A stretch of DNA of 64,000 bases, from assembly GCA_040381765.1 (NCBI GenBank), contig JBEIGU010000002.1, positions 9,298 through 73,297 on the forward strand, written 5' to 3'. The notes beneath the pieces were generated by a model, which saw only the letters and a program-made list of their open reading frames with translations, did no database searches and had not been told where the DNA came from. The stretch is from Leptolyngbya sp. (lineage in GTDB: Bacteria; Cyanobacteriota; Cyanobacteriia; Phormidesmidales; Phormidesmidaceae). Below are positions 20,660 to 30,278 of the stretch, one piece after another (the stretch's first letter is position 1; every line of letters starts with the position of its first letter). The translations under genes and the position numbers were made by a program.

Positions 20660-20779
20660 GGGGACTATCTCCTGCCGTTATTTTTCAACATCCCTGCCGT
20701 GGTGGATTTACCGTCTTGGGGAATCTAGTTTATGCTGTGGAGTAATTAATCTTTCTAAATCCTGTTAAATTAGCTGTCC

Positions 20780-21055
20780 ATGCCTGATAATCCCTCCTCC
20801 GACCCCCCCAAAAAAGACGATTTCCTATTCCCCCGTAGCAAGTACTGGGGTGAATTCAGCCCTCAGCGACTGGCGTTCAATGCTAACCTTCAGGAGTTCG
20901 CCCAACGAATTTCCTTTGTCTGTAATTTGGAGACCGGCGGCAAAATTGCCCCTAGCGAAGCCTACGAAGAAATCAAGCGTCTTTGGCAGGAGTTAAAACA
21001 ATCTAAGATCAGCCTACTGGATAGTGAGGTGCCGCCGTCGGAAGAAGGAGAATAG
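20780..21055 (+). CDS. Conserved small cyanobacterial hypothetical protein (DUF7219-like)
   Basis: FNANLQEFAQRISFVCNLETGGKI motif. Confidence 0.82.
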   Translation: MPDNPSSDPPKKDDFLFPRSKYWGEFSPQRLAFNANLQEFAQRISFVCNLETGGKIAPSEAYEEIKRLWQELKQSKISLLDSEVPPSEEGE

Positions 21056-21085
21056 ATAACCCCTGTGATCAGGCCAGGGTCATGG

Positions 21086-21328
21086 TTAGAGACTAGGAGC
21101 GTCTAGCCAGCCACCACTGAGGATGACGGTTAGTCCCATAAATAGGGCGGTTAAAATCCAGGTGACCCGATTTAGGGTAGTTTCCGCACTCTTCGTACTG
21201 GTAAACAGCTGGGCCTGTCCGCCGAGACCGCCTAAGCCATCTCCCTTAGGGCTGTGCAGCAAAACTAGCGCGGTTAGACCGACCGCCGAAACCAACCACA
21301 GCACCTCAACAACGGTTTTTACAAGCAT
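21086..21328 (-). CDS. secG: Preprotein translocase subunit SecG
   Basis: LVLLHSPKGDGLGGLGG...TLNRVTW; ATG at 21328. Confidence 0.93.
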   Translation of the reverse strand: MLVKTVVEVLWLVSAVGLTALVLLHSPKGDGLGGLGGQAQLFTSTKSAETTLNRVTWILTALFMGLTVILSGGWLDAPSL

Positions 21329-21375
21329 GGAGCCACTACCTAAAAAACTACTGCTATCATACCTGTTCAAAGAGG

Positions 21376-22974
21376 TTAGCGGACAAGCCTGACCGGGGTT
21401 CGATTACTGCGGATATCGACATCGGCGGGTAAAAACATGGAACGACCGGTCATTTCCTGGGGTTGGGGCAAATTGAGAATTTGCAAAATTGTAGGAGCCA
21501 CATCGGAGAGGCGCCCATCCTCTCGGAGCTTAACCTCACCGCCGTGCCCGGGCACCTTAAGTCGCTCACCCTCCAGCAAAATGAAGGGAACCGGGTTAGT
21601 GGTGTGGGCGGTCCAGGGTTTAAGGTTATCGTCCCACATCAGTTCGGCGTTGCCATGGTCAGCGATAATCATGGCGGTGCCCCCGGCCTTGCTCACCACC
21701 TCTAGCAAGCGACCCAGGTTAACATCAACGGCCTCGATCGCAGTTACCGCGGCCTCCATTTTACCGGTATGGCCCACCATGTCGGGGTTAGCGTAGTTGA
21801 TCACGATCAGGGAGTAGATCCCCTGGGCGATCGCCCGCATGGCCGTGTTAGTGACCGCCTCCGCCGACATAGCAGGAGCCCTATCGTAGGTAGCCACCAT
21901 GGGGCTGGGCACCAACTCCCGATCCTCCCCCTTAAAGGGCTCTTCCAGGCCGCCATTAAAAAAGTAGGTGACGTGGGCATATTTTTCGGTTTCCGCTGTC
22001 CGAAACTGCCTGAGGTCGTGCCTGGCTAACACCTCCCCCAAAATGTTACTCAGGTTTTGGGGTTCAAAGGCCGCCTTCACCGGTAAGTCAGGATCGTACT
22101 GGGTCATGGTGACCAGAAATAGAGGGTTAATCAACTCCCGTTCAAACCCCTTAAAGTCAGGATCAACCAGGGCCTGGGTCAACTGCCGGGCCCGATCGGG
22201 CCGGAAGTTAAAGAAAATCACCCCATCACCCGGTGCGATCGCCCCGGGTGCTAACCGCACCGGTTCGACAAATTCATCGGTAATGTCTGCGCCGTAGGAG
22301 GCCTCCAGGGTAGCCAGTGCGGTTTGGCCAGTGCCTGGGCCCGGATCGGTCATCACCCGATAGGCTTTCTCCACCCGATCCCAACGGTTATCCCGATCCA
22401 TGGCGTAGTAACGACCACTGAGGGTAACCAATCGTCCCAGACCAATGCGATCAACATAATTTTGGAGCTTTTGGATCGCTGCCCTACCCTCCATTGGCTT
22501 AGTGTCACGGCCATCGGTAATCACGTGTAGGCAAACATCGTCTATATCCTGGGCCTTAGCCATATCCAGCAGGCCAAAGAGGTGATTGAGGTGGGCATGA
22601 ACCCCACCGTCAGAACAGAGACCCACCAAGTGCAGCTTACCACCCCGATAGCGTACCGTCTGACAGACATTGAGCAGGGCGTCATTTTCCTGCAGGCTGC
22701 CATCTTCAACAGCATCGGAAATCCGGACCAATTCCTGAGGGACGATGCGGCCGGCGCCAATATTCAGGTGACCGACCTCCGAGTTGCCCATTTGCCCGTC
22801 GGGCAAGCCCACATCCTTACCAGAGGTCTGAATCAGGGTGTGGGGGTAGGCGGCCCACAGGCTATCCATGACTGGCGTTTTAGCCATGGCCACAGCATTA
22901 CCGTCCCTACTCTCCCGATATCCCCAGCCATCCAAAATAATCAGCACCATGGGCGGTACAGGCAGTTGATTCAT
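21376..22974 (-). CDS. gpmI: 2,3-bisphosphoglycerate-independent phosphoglycerate mutase
   Basis: ILDGWG, MGNSEVGH, AETEKYAHVT, NPDMVGHTG, ADHGNAE. Confidence 0.98.
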   Translation of the reverse strand: MNQLPVPPMVLIILDGWGYRESRDGNAVAMAKTPVMDSLWAAYPHTLIQTSGKDVGLPDGQMGNSEVGHLNIGAGRIVPQELVRISDAVEDGSLQENDALLNVCQTVRYRGGKLHLVGLCSDGGVHAHLNHLFGLLDMAKAQDIDDVCLHVITDGRDTKPMEGRAAIQKLQNYVDRIGLGRLVTLSGRYYAMDRDNRWDRVEKAYRVMTDPGPGTGQTALATLEASYGADITDEFVEPVRLAPGAIAPGDGVIFFNFRPDRARQLTQALVDPDFKGFERELINPLFLVTMTQYDPDLPVKAAFEPQNLSNILGEVLARHDLRQFRTAETEKYAHVTYFFNGGLEEPFKGEDRELVPSPMVATYDRAPAMSAEAVTNTAMRAIAQGIYSLIVINYANPDMVGHTGKMEAAVTAIEAVDVNLGRLLEVVSKAGGTAMIIADHGNAELMWDDNLKPWTAHTTNPVPFILLEGERLKVPGHGGEVKLREDGRLSDVAPTILQILNLPQPQEMTGRSMFLPADVDIRSNRTPVRLVR

Positions 22975-23548
22975 GGGTAAGAATCCTTGGGATTTTGACT
23001 AGCGTGAAGCAATCATACCACCTGGCCCCTTATGACCATAGGGATACCAGAATTGAGGTAAGAAAGACCTGGTCAGGTGAAGGCAGAGAAAATTCAATTC
23101 AATAATTAGCTCACAAAAATTCAGCAAGCTCAAGGTTTAACAGAAGTTTTATATTAGGGAAGCTTACCCTAGAACGGTGTCGATTGGTAGCGATGGACAA
23201 GTTAGGTCCTAGCTGTCTCGGTCAAGCGAATCATTTTTCCAGAGTGATGCTTTCCATATTTATTCCCTTGCTGTGAGACAGCTTATCCCAACGACTTTTG
23301 ACTACCGTAACGATCAAGTACAGACAATAAAACTCGCTTTCACCCTTGGGATACAGCTTCAACTTCCGACGAGAATGATTCTCGCTGTGATTGGATGATC
23401 GGTAGCTGCTGCTGATCAAGGCTATGATGGAACTAGTTTAAGGATTATCCATTAAATTGGTAGCCTGAACGAATCACTGGTCAAGTTTTCAGCCACCTTG
23501 TCTGGGCCAAAATTGCTGTATAAAATATAGTTTTGCCAAGGCTATACT

Positions 23549-25240
23549 TTACTGAGTAGCTTTTGCCTTCTGCTTTTGCCGTTTGGCCTTAGCCTTTTGA
23601 TCCGCCGCCTGGGCGTCGCGACGGGCCCTATCCGCTTCCTCCGCCACCTTATCGAGATAATAGTGGTAATCTCCCTGGTAAAGATGCAACTCGCCATCCC
23701 GGATTTCGACAATTTTAGTGGCGACTTGGGAGATGAAGTAGCGATCGTGGGAGACCAATAGTACGGTACCGTCGTAGTGCTGCAGGGCCTCCTCCAACAT
23801 TTCCTTGGCGGGAATGTCCAGGTGATTGGTGGGCTCGTCTAAAATCATCAAGTTGGCCGGACGCAACAGCATTTTAGCCAGGGCCAGACGGGCCTTTTCA
23901 CCACCACTAAGGGCCCCCACCTCTTTAAAAACCATGTCACCACTGAATAAAAATCGACCTAGCAAGGTGCGAACCTCTTCGTTAGTCCAGTCGGGGACCT
24001 CGTCGTGGACTGTTTCTACTACGGTTTTGGACAGGTCCAGGGCCTCCGCCTGATTTTGCTCGAAGTAGCTGGGAATGACATTATGGGGACCCAGGTGGAC
24101 CTGACCATCGGTGGGGGGTTCCAGGCCAGTAATCAGGCGCAGCAGGGTGGATTTACCGGCACCGTTGTGGCCCAGAAAGGCAATGCGATCGCCCCGTTCC
24201 ACCAGCAGATTAGCCCCCAGGAACAGGAGTTTGTCCTCATAACTGTGGGTCAGGTCAGTGATGGTCACCACCTCCCGACCACTGCGGGGGGCTGGCGGGA
24301 AGCGAAAGTGGAGGGTGCGGACGCCGCTGTCCGGGGCCTCAATCCGCTCAATTTTATCCAGTTGCTTTTCCCGGCTTTTGGCCTGGGTACTGCGGGTGGC
24401 GCTGGCCCGGAACCGGTCCACAAAGGCCTGTTGCTTGGCCAATTCCTTTTGCTGCCGTTCAAAGCTACTGACTTGGGCCGCCAAATTTTCCTGCTTTTGA
24501 CTCAGATAGGTACTGTAGTTACCCAGGTAGGTGGTGGAGACACCCCGTTCCGTTTCCACAATTTGGGTGCAGAGGCGGTCTAAAAACTCCCGGTCATGGG
24601 AGACAATCACCATGGGGGTGGTGAGACTTTTCAGGTAATTTTCTAACCACTCAATGGTGTCTAGATCCAGGTGGTTGGTGGGTTCGTCCAACAGTAGGAC
24701 GTCAGGTTCCTGGAGCAAAATCTTGCCCAGGCCCATACGCATTTGCCAGCCGCCACTAAACTCACTGACGTCACGATCGCCATCGCTGCTAGTAAATCCC
24801 AGCTCGGGCAAAATCTTCTCAATGCGGGACTCCAGCCCATAGCCCCCGAGGGCCTCAAACTGTCGCTGCTGTTGATCCAGCTCGTGGATGAGCCGATCCA
24901 ACTGGTCGGGGTTAGCCCGCTCCATCTGCTGGGGAATTTCGTGGAGCCGGGTCTGTACCTGGTTCGCCTCGGCAAAGACCGTCCAGAATTCATCCCGTAC
25001 CCGCCGGTTGACATCCACCTCAAATTCCTGGGAGAGGTAGGCAATTTTTAGGCTGGAGGACCGCACCACGGTGCCACCGGTAGGTTCTATCTGACCCGTG
25101 ATAATTTTCAACTGGGTGGATTTTCCCGCTCCATTCACCCCCACCAGGCCAATGCGATCTCCGGGTTTCACCTCCCAGTTAACGTCCTTAAGCACCTCTC
25201 CGGTGGGATAAATCTTGCTGATGTGTTCTAGCCGTAGCAT
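23549..25240 (-). CDS. ABC-F family ATP-binding protein
   Basis: Two ABC cassettes (GVNGAGKST/FSGGWQMR and GHNGAGKST/LSGGEKAR), LDEPTNHLD twice, no TM segment. Confidence 0.95.
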   Translation of the reverse strand: MLRLEHISKIYPTGEVLKDVNWEVKPGDRIGLVGVNGAGKSTQLKIITGQIEPTGGTVVRSSSLKIAYLSQEFEVDVNRRVRDEFWTVFAEANQVQTRLHEIPQQMERANPDQLDRLIHELDQQQRQFEALGGYGLESRIEKILPELGFTSSDGDRDVSEFSGGWQMRMGLGKILLQEPDVLLLDEPTNHLDLDTIEWLENYLKSLTTPMVIVSHDREFLDRLCTQIVETERGVSTTYLGNYSTYLSQKQENLAAQVSSFERQQKELAKQQAFVDRFRASATRSTQAKSREKQLDKIERIEAPDSGVRTLHFRFPPAPRSGREVVTITDLTHSYEDKLLFLGANLLVERGDRIAFLGHNGAGKSTLLRLITGLEPPTDGQVHLGPHNVIPSYFEQNQAEALDLSKTVVETVHDEVPDWTNEEVRTLLGRFLFSGDMVFKEVGALSGGEKARLALAKMLLRPANLMILDEPTNHLDIPAKEMLEEALQHYDGTVLLVSHDRYFISQVATKIVEIRDGELHLYQGDYHYYLDKVAEEADRARRDAQAADQKAKAKRQKQKAKATQ

Positions 25241-25276
25241 GACCGGTCTCCCAGGTTAGTCATCATAGTTTCTCAA

Positions 25277-25308
25277 CAAAAACAGGACGGACCCCCAGTC
25301 CGTCCTGT
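25277..25308 (-). terminator. Intrinsic terminator
   Basis: 10-bp stem acaggacgga/tccgtcctgt, 7-nt loop, TTTTT tract on the minus strand. Confidence 0.8.
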
Positions 25309-25329
25309 CTCGGCTATGCTCGCCTGAAC

Positions 25330-25725
25330 TTACTTTTTGATATTCTTAGCCATCTGTCGGAACATATCCAGGTTAGTGTCCACCTTGCGGCGATCAAGGC
25401 TGGGGGAGGGCTCAAAACTGGTTGGGGGGGTAGCGGGTTTGGGTTGAGGTACCCCCTTATCCTCAAGTTTCACCGCCTCCAGGGCCGAAACCTTCTTGAT
25501 ACTTTCCTTCTCCTCCGTTTCCCCCCGCTTTTTGGCAAAGGTGCGCCGCACGGTTTTAGAGGAACGCATGTAGTCTATGTTGCCGTAGGTCTTAGCATCA
25601 TCGGGATCGAGATAAAAAGCATCACCGGCCCTTTCGATCACCGGGGGTTGGGGTTGAACGGGGCGATCGGCTTCACCGGGGTTTTTAGGTTTGCCCCTGA
25701 ACAGTCCACGGATAAATCCAGTCAT
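25330..25725 (-). CDS. Conserved cyanobacterial hypothetical protein
   Basis: 131 aa basic, Pro-rich protein with FYLDPDDAKTYGNIDYMR; followed by a terminator. Confidence 0.75.
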   Translation of the reverse strand: MTGFIRGLFRGKPKNPGEADRPVQPQPPVIERAGDAFYLDPDDAKTYGNIDYMRSSKTVRRTFAKKRGETEEKESIKKVSALEAVKLEDKGVPQPKPATPPTSFEPSPSLDRRKVDTNLDMFRQMAKNIKK

Positions 25726-25831
25726 AAGTAGCTCCTGCGTCAGGTATGGGAAAGGTAAGCTTTATTAATTTCCATGTTAACTTTTGTTGGAACATTTGCA
25801 GTTCAATTGCCAGGCCAGCTTCTTAAAAAAA

Positions 25832-26596
25832 CTAAGCCAACCGTTCCACTTCAGCTAAGGGGCGGGGACGCCATCTTACCAACCTTGGATCCAGTTTTAC
25901 CGTCACCTCCGCCAGAGGGCAAACCCTGGATAGGTTTTCAAACACATTGACCTGGTAAGCCAGTTGGTTATCCCAATCAATAGCAGTTAGCCAGCCACTG
26001 CGGGGATGGTAAACCCCCGTGTCAATATCTAACCAACCACAGCCCGCCACCACCTGGCCTGGTGACACCCTGGGAAATGTAAAGGTAATGGTATGACCAG
26101 TAATAATCAGTTTGTCAGCGAAAAACGGTGTGACACTACTGTGGAAGGTTTCTCGAATCCAACATAGTTCATAGCTACTTTGCGCGGCCAGGGGTAGAAC
26201 TGGATTAACCCCTGCATGCACCAGCCATATATCCCCCAGGTCAATATAGAGAGGTAATTGACCGATCCAGGCTAGGTGATCATCTAAGACATTAGGACAC
26301 TCAACATAGCTACCCAGGGTGGCCTGACCGCCACTGTAGATCCAGCCCTGCAGAGTAGGAAGATTAAGTTGGCCGTCCGCAAAGGCATCCAGGATAAGTT
26401 GCTCGTGGTTACCCCGTACACAGCCGTGGGTATAGCGACGGATAAAATCGACCACTTGAGCGCTCTGGGGCCCCCGATCGATCAGATCGCCCACCGCATA
26501 GACTTTATCATCAGCTCCGGGGGCCATTAAATCCCACAGGCGTCTAAGGCCATCGTAGTGGCCGTGGATATCACCGATAAAAAAACGTCGAGCCAT
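25832..26596 (-). CDS. PPP-family metallophosphoesterase (Ser/Thr phosphatase-like), paralog A
   Basis: GDIHG, GDLIDRG, RGNHE, HAG, GHT, IDTG. Confidence 0.92.
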   Translation of the reverse strand: MARRFFIGDIHGHYDGLRRLWDLMAPGADDKVYAVGDLIDRGPQSAQVVDFIRRYTHGCVRGNHEQLILDAFADGQLNLPTLQGWIYSGGQATLGSYVECPNVLDDHLAWIGQLPLYIDLGDIWLVHAGVNPVLPLAAQSSYELCWIRETFHSSVTPFFADKLIITGHTITFTFPRVSPGQVVAGCGWLDIDTGVYHPRSGWLTAIDWDNQLAYQVNVFENLSRVCPLAEVTVKLDPRLVRWRPRPLAEVERLA

Positions 26597-27039
26597 GGAA
26601 TCAGTATAGGCAGAGGAGAGGAGTATTGATAGATAGAGGTAGAATGGGGAACATCCCTGAGCTTGAAACTATTATGCCCTGCTTGAAAAGCTAACTATCT
26701 CGGAAAATACGGGAAGGGGGCACCTATGTCAGGGCGACTGAAGTAGAATTCGAAGCTAACCGTAGAAAATCTAACCAGGGCAGCCTAATTTTTAATACCT
26801 AATGACTTTCCTTTTATCGGAGGGTTACAAGTAAGATCCTCACATTCTTTAACAGGAAACCTCCTGACGGGAAGCCCTGATATTTCACTGTAGGGATCTT
26901 CAGTCGAAAACGCCTGTGGTCATATTTTGGTTTTGAGCCATAATAAAGTCCGTTCTTGGATAGGTCGTCATCGGTCAGGCTACTAATGTAGTCTTTTCCT
27001 TACCAACTTGCCACTCTAACCCTTAGAAAAACTTACCCC

Positions 27040-27447
27040 ATGCCCCCCGCGCGTCAAGCGATCGCTCAGCCCCTGACCCCTAATCGATCAAGGGTACAGA
27101 AAAGTCAGCTATCTATCCCGCTACCCCACCGTCAGAGGGGAGGTCGAAGGCGGGCGAGGCTTGTTCCCCTGGTGGAAGCCGGTGTCCGACTGGGGTTGAA
27201 TGGGTTACTTCTACTTCTCGGTGGAGCTAGCCTCGGTCATCTGCTCCCCTATATTTACAACCAGGCCCAATCCCTGGCCTCCATGCGAGTTGCCATAGAT
27301 AAGGCAGAAACCTCCCATTTAAAGTTGAAGACAGACCTTAACCGCTACTTTGACCCCACCCAATCTCAACACCTGATTCAGGAACAGAGTGGTTATCAGA
27401 ACACCAGAGAACGCCCAGTGGTATGGATTGATCCAGCGGGCCGCTAA
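27040..27447 (+). CDS. Bitopic membrane protein with short coiled coil; function unknown
   Basis: Basic N-terminus, one hydrophobic segment, heptad region, FDP...QEQ...VVW tail. Confidence 0.7.
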   Translation: MPPARQAIAQPLTPNRSRVQKSQLSIPLPHRQRGGRRRARLVPLVEAGVRLGLNGLLLLLGGASLGHLLPYIYNQAQSLASMRVAIDKAETSHLKLKTDLNRYFDPTQSQHLIQEQSGYQNTRERPVVWIDPAGR

Positions 27448-27511
27448 TTGAGGGCAGTGGTGGGGTATCGACTGGGCAGATCGGGGTATTGCTGATGGTA
27501 CTGGAGAGGTT

Positions 27512-28867
27512 GTGAACCAAATTTTTGCTTTAGTCAAGGTCTTCCAAAGCCGCAAGATGGCTGCCATTCTAATCCTGGGCTTTAGTGCGGGCCTACCCTT
27601 TGCCCTGATGGACGATGCCTTCCGGGGATGGATGACCAAGGTACAACTAGACCTGCAAACCATTGGTTGGTTTAGCTTAATTAGCCTACCCTATTCCTTC
27701 AAATTTCTCTGGTCCCCCTTTCTGGATCGGTTTGTTCCTCCCGGATTGGGGCGACGACGGGGATGGATGGTGGTTGCCCAGGTTGGCCTGATGGCGGCGA
27801 TCGCCGGCCTAGCCTCACAGATGCTTCCGTTTTCTACCCCAGGAGAGGCATCCAGTCCCTTACAACTGTTGGCCTTCACCGCCTTGGTCATTACCTTCCT
27901 CAGTGCCACCCAGGACATTGCCATTGATGCCTACCGTACCGATGTGCTGGGCAACCGGGAGGTGGGGGCGGGGGCCGCTATCTACGTCCTGGGCTATCGG
28001 GTTGCCCTACTGGTGACCGGTGCCCTGGCCTTTATCCTGGCGGATCAAATTACCTGGCCCTGGGTTTACGGGCTGATGGCGGGGCTAATGGGGCTAGGCA
28101 TCCTGGCCTCCCTTTGGGCCCCCGATCCTGAGGCGGCCGTGGCCCCGCCGGCCTCCCTGCGGCAGGCGGTGCTGTCTCCCTTTGGGGAATTTTTCCACCG
28201 CCTGGGGATTGGTCAAGGGCTGGCGGTGCTAGCCTTTATTTTGCTCTATAAGCTGGGAGATAACCTGACGGCAAAGATGGCCGTTCCCTTTCTAGGGGAT
28301 CAGGGGTTGGGGTTTACTGATACGGATATTGGTACTATTCGCCAGGGGTTGGGGTTGGTGGCGACAATTGTGGGGACCCTGGTGGGGGGTGCCCTGCTCA
28401 GCCAGTTAGGCATTAACCGCTCCCTATGGGTGTTTGGGGGTCTGCAAGCCCTGAGTAACGCTGGCTACTGGGTTCTGGCCATCGTTGGTAAAAGCTATGC
28501 GGTCATGATACTTGCCATTAACGTCGAAAACTTCTGTGCCGGCCTGGGCACGGCAGGGTTCATTGGCTTCCTGATGAGTTTATGCAATCCTCGCTTTTCC
28601 GCCACCCAATTTGCCCTGCTCTCCAGCCTGATGGCAGTGGGCCGGGACCTGATCGCTGGCCCTAGTAGTGGCGAAATCGCCGCCGCCATTCAGCGCCACC
28701 TACCCAACTATCCCCAGCTTTACCAGCAGCCCTACTGGGCTGGGGCCACCCAGCAGGGCTGGCCCCTCTTCTTTTTGCTTACCCTGGTGGCCGCCCTACC
28801 GGGTCTGGCCCTCTTGCCCTGGTTTGCCCCCTGGTCTGACCGGCAAGGGCAACAGGGGCCCCGCTAG
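27512..28867 (+). CDS. ampG: AmpG family muropeptide MFS permease
   Basis: LGFSAGLP, KFLWSPFLDR, RRRGWM, SATQDIAIDAYR, ATQFALLSS. Confidence 0.93.
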   Translation: MNQIFALVKVFQSRKMAAILILGFSAGLPFALMDDAFRGWMTKVQLDLQTIGWFSLISLPYSFKFLWSPFLDRFVPPGLGRRRGWMVVAQVGLMAAIAGLASQMLPFSTPGEASSPLQLLAFTALVITFLSATQDIAIDAYRTDVLGNREVGAGAAIYVLGYRVALLVTGALAFILADQITWPWVYGLMAGLMGLGILASLWAPDPEAAVAPPASLRQAVLSPFGEFFHRLGIGQGLAVLAFILLYKLGDNLTAKMAVPFLGDQGLGFTDTDIGTIRQGLGLVATIVGTLVGGALLSQLGINRSLWVFGGLQALSNAGYWVLAIVGKSYAVMILAINVENFCAGLGTAGFIGFLMSLCNPRFSATQFALLSSLMAVGRDLIAGPSSGEIAAAIQRHLPNYPQLYQQPYWAGATQQGWPLFFLLTLVAALPGLALLPWFAPWSDRQGQQGPR

Positions 28868-28870
28868 ACC

Positions 28871-29599
28871 CTAGTCAACTCGTCCATAGTGGGCCTGTGA
28901 CGCCCCTGTACCCGTTTCCTGGTTGATCAGCCAGGCCCAGAGCTGATCCCCCAGGGAAAAGTGCCACCATTCCTGGGGATGGCGACGGAACCCCACCGCT
29001 GTCATGACGTGATTGAGGAGCTGCCGATGAGCGTGGAACTGCTGCGCCTGGGGATGGTCGCTATGGCTAAAGTGGTCGGGGAAGGATCGGGGGGAAATTT
29101 CGTCAATGGCGGACCCCATGGGCACAGGGGTGCCGCTGCCATCCACCAGGGTCAGATCGATGGCAGCGCCGGTGCTGTGGGGGGGTGGGGTTTCAGGGCG
29201 ATCGCTGGGAAGGGCCCAAAATTGCTCCACCAGGTCCATAATTTCCCTGTGTTGCTCGGCAGAAAGCTCTTGGGCCCCTAGCTGACGCTCCCGTAATAGC
29301 TGCTGAAAGGTATACTCCACCATAAATTTCTGCACCGCCAGGGGACGGTAGGCATCAAAAATTTGCAGACCCCAGTGGGGATGGTGCTGTTGTAAAAGTT
29401 CCTGGGCCTGGGTCAGGGCCGCTAGCACCCCTGATCGTACTCTGTAGGGGGACTGGTTACCATAGGGGGCTCCTAACACCTGGTAGGGATGGGGATGCAC
29501 CACCCTGAAATAGCTAGCCTCCCCCAGGACTCCAGACCTGGGGATGGTCACCAGAGGTTCACCACAATCCTGAATAGGGATCTTTTGATAGGGCTTCAT
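28871..29599 (-). CDS. ddpX: D-alanyl-D-alanine dipeptidase (M15D, VanX/DdpX family)
   Basis: IFDAYRP, PPHSTGAAIDLT, EWWHF; ATG at 29599 (ORF open to 29725). Confidence 0.88.
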   Translation of the reverse strand: MKPYQKIPIQDCGEPLVTIPRSGVLGEASYFRVVHPHPYQVLGAPYGNQSPYRVRSGVLAALTQAQELLQQHHPHWGLQIFDAYRPLAVQKFMVEYTFQQLLRERQLGAQELSAEQHREIMDLVEQFWALPSDRPETPPPHSTGAAIDLTLVDGSGTPVPMGSAIDEISPRSFPDHFSHSDHPQAQQFHAHRQLLNHVMTAVGFRRHPQEWWHFSLGDQLWAWLINQETGTGASQAHYGRVD

Positions 29600-29832
29600 G
29601 TTGCTATGGTAACTTGCCAACCAAACTAAGTCCATGTTGAGAACCGTAGTTTCGCCCGGTACCCCTGGCCCCTCGCCCAGAGGGTGTAGCTCGCTTCCCA
29701 CAGGGTGGAAAATTCCGGGTTTCAAATCGAACTAGGTTTAGCTTGGACTAGATTAAAGATTTAGTCGGTTATTAACCAGTTCATCTATGATTAGTAGAAG
29801 CCAACCTGGTTGCCACTAAAGATCACTCCCCC

Positions 29833-30255
29833 TTGATTTACCATCAAGTCAGCCAGATTACTACCCGAACCGATCCAGCGGCCCTGAGGGAAATCCTAGC
29901 CTGGTTCGATCAATTTGCCACCGCTCCCGTTCCCCATCCCCTACTGCTGCAATGCCAACTAGCAATGGTTGAAGGGTTTACCAATGCGGTCCGCCATGCC
30001 CATCGGGAGCTGCCGGTCCAGACCCCGATTCAAATCCAGGTGGAAATCTCCGAACAAAGCATTGATATCCAAATCTGGGATCAAGGCCCTGGGTTTGATC
30101 TGTCAGCAGCATTGGAAAGTAGCCTCAGCAACGACAGTCAAGAATTGGCTGGAGGCCGAGGTCTGAAAATTATCTACCAGGTAGCGGATCAAGTCACCTA
30201 CCAGCCCCATCCAGGCCATGGTAACTGCTTACACCTGCATAGGCATGTACCCTAG
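29833..30255 (+). CDS. Anti-sigma factor / RsbW-like ATP-binding protein
   Basis: EGFTNAVRHA, WDQGPGFD, GGRGLKII. Confidence 0.88.
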   Translation: MIYHQVSQITTRTDPAALREILAWFDQFATAPVPHPLLLQCQLAMVEGFTNAVRHAHRELPVQTPIQIQVEISEQSIDIQIWDQGPGFDLSAALESSLSNDSQELAGGRGLKIIYQVADQVTYQPHPGHGNCLHLHRHVP

Positions 30256-30278
30256 CCCTAGGCGGGGATGGCGAGGCC

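Noticed and set aside
23231-23419. 62-aa minus-strand ORF in the gpmI upstream gap
   Set aside because: No motif, no ATG start and no SD; not supportable as a gene.
26597-27039. Checked for a small hidden gene such as psaM
   Set aside because: No PsaM-like or other recognisable small ORF found.
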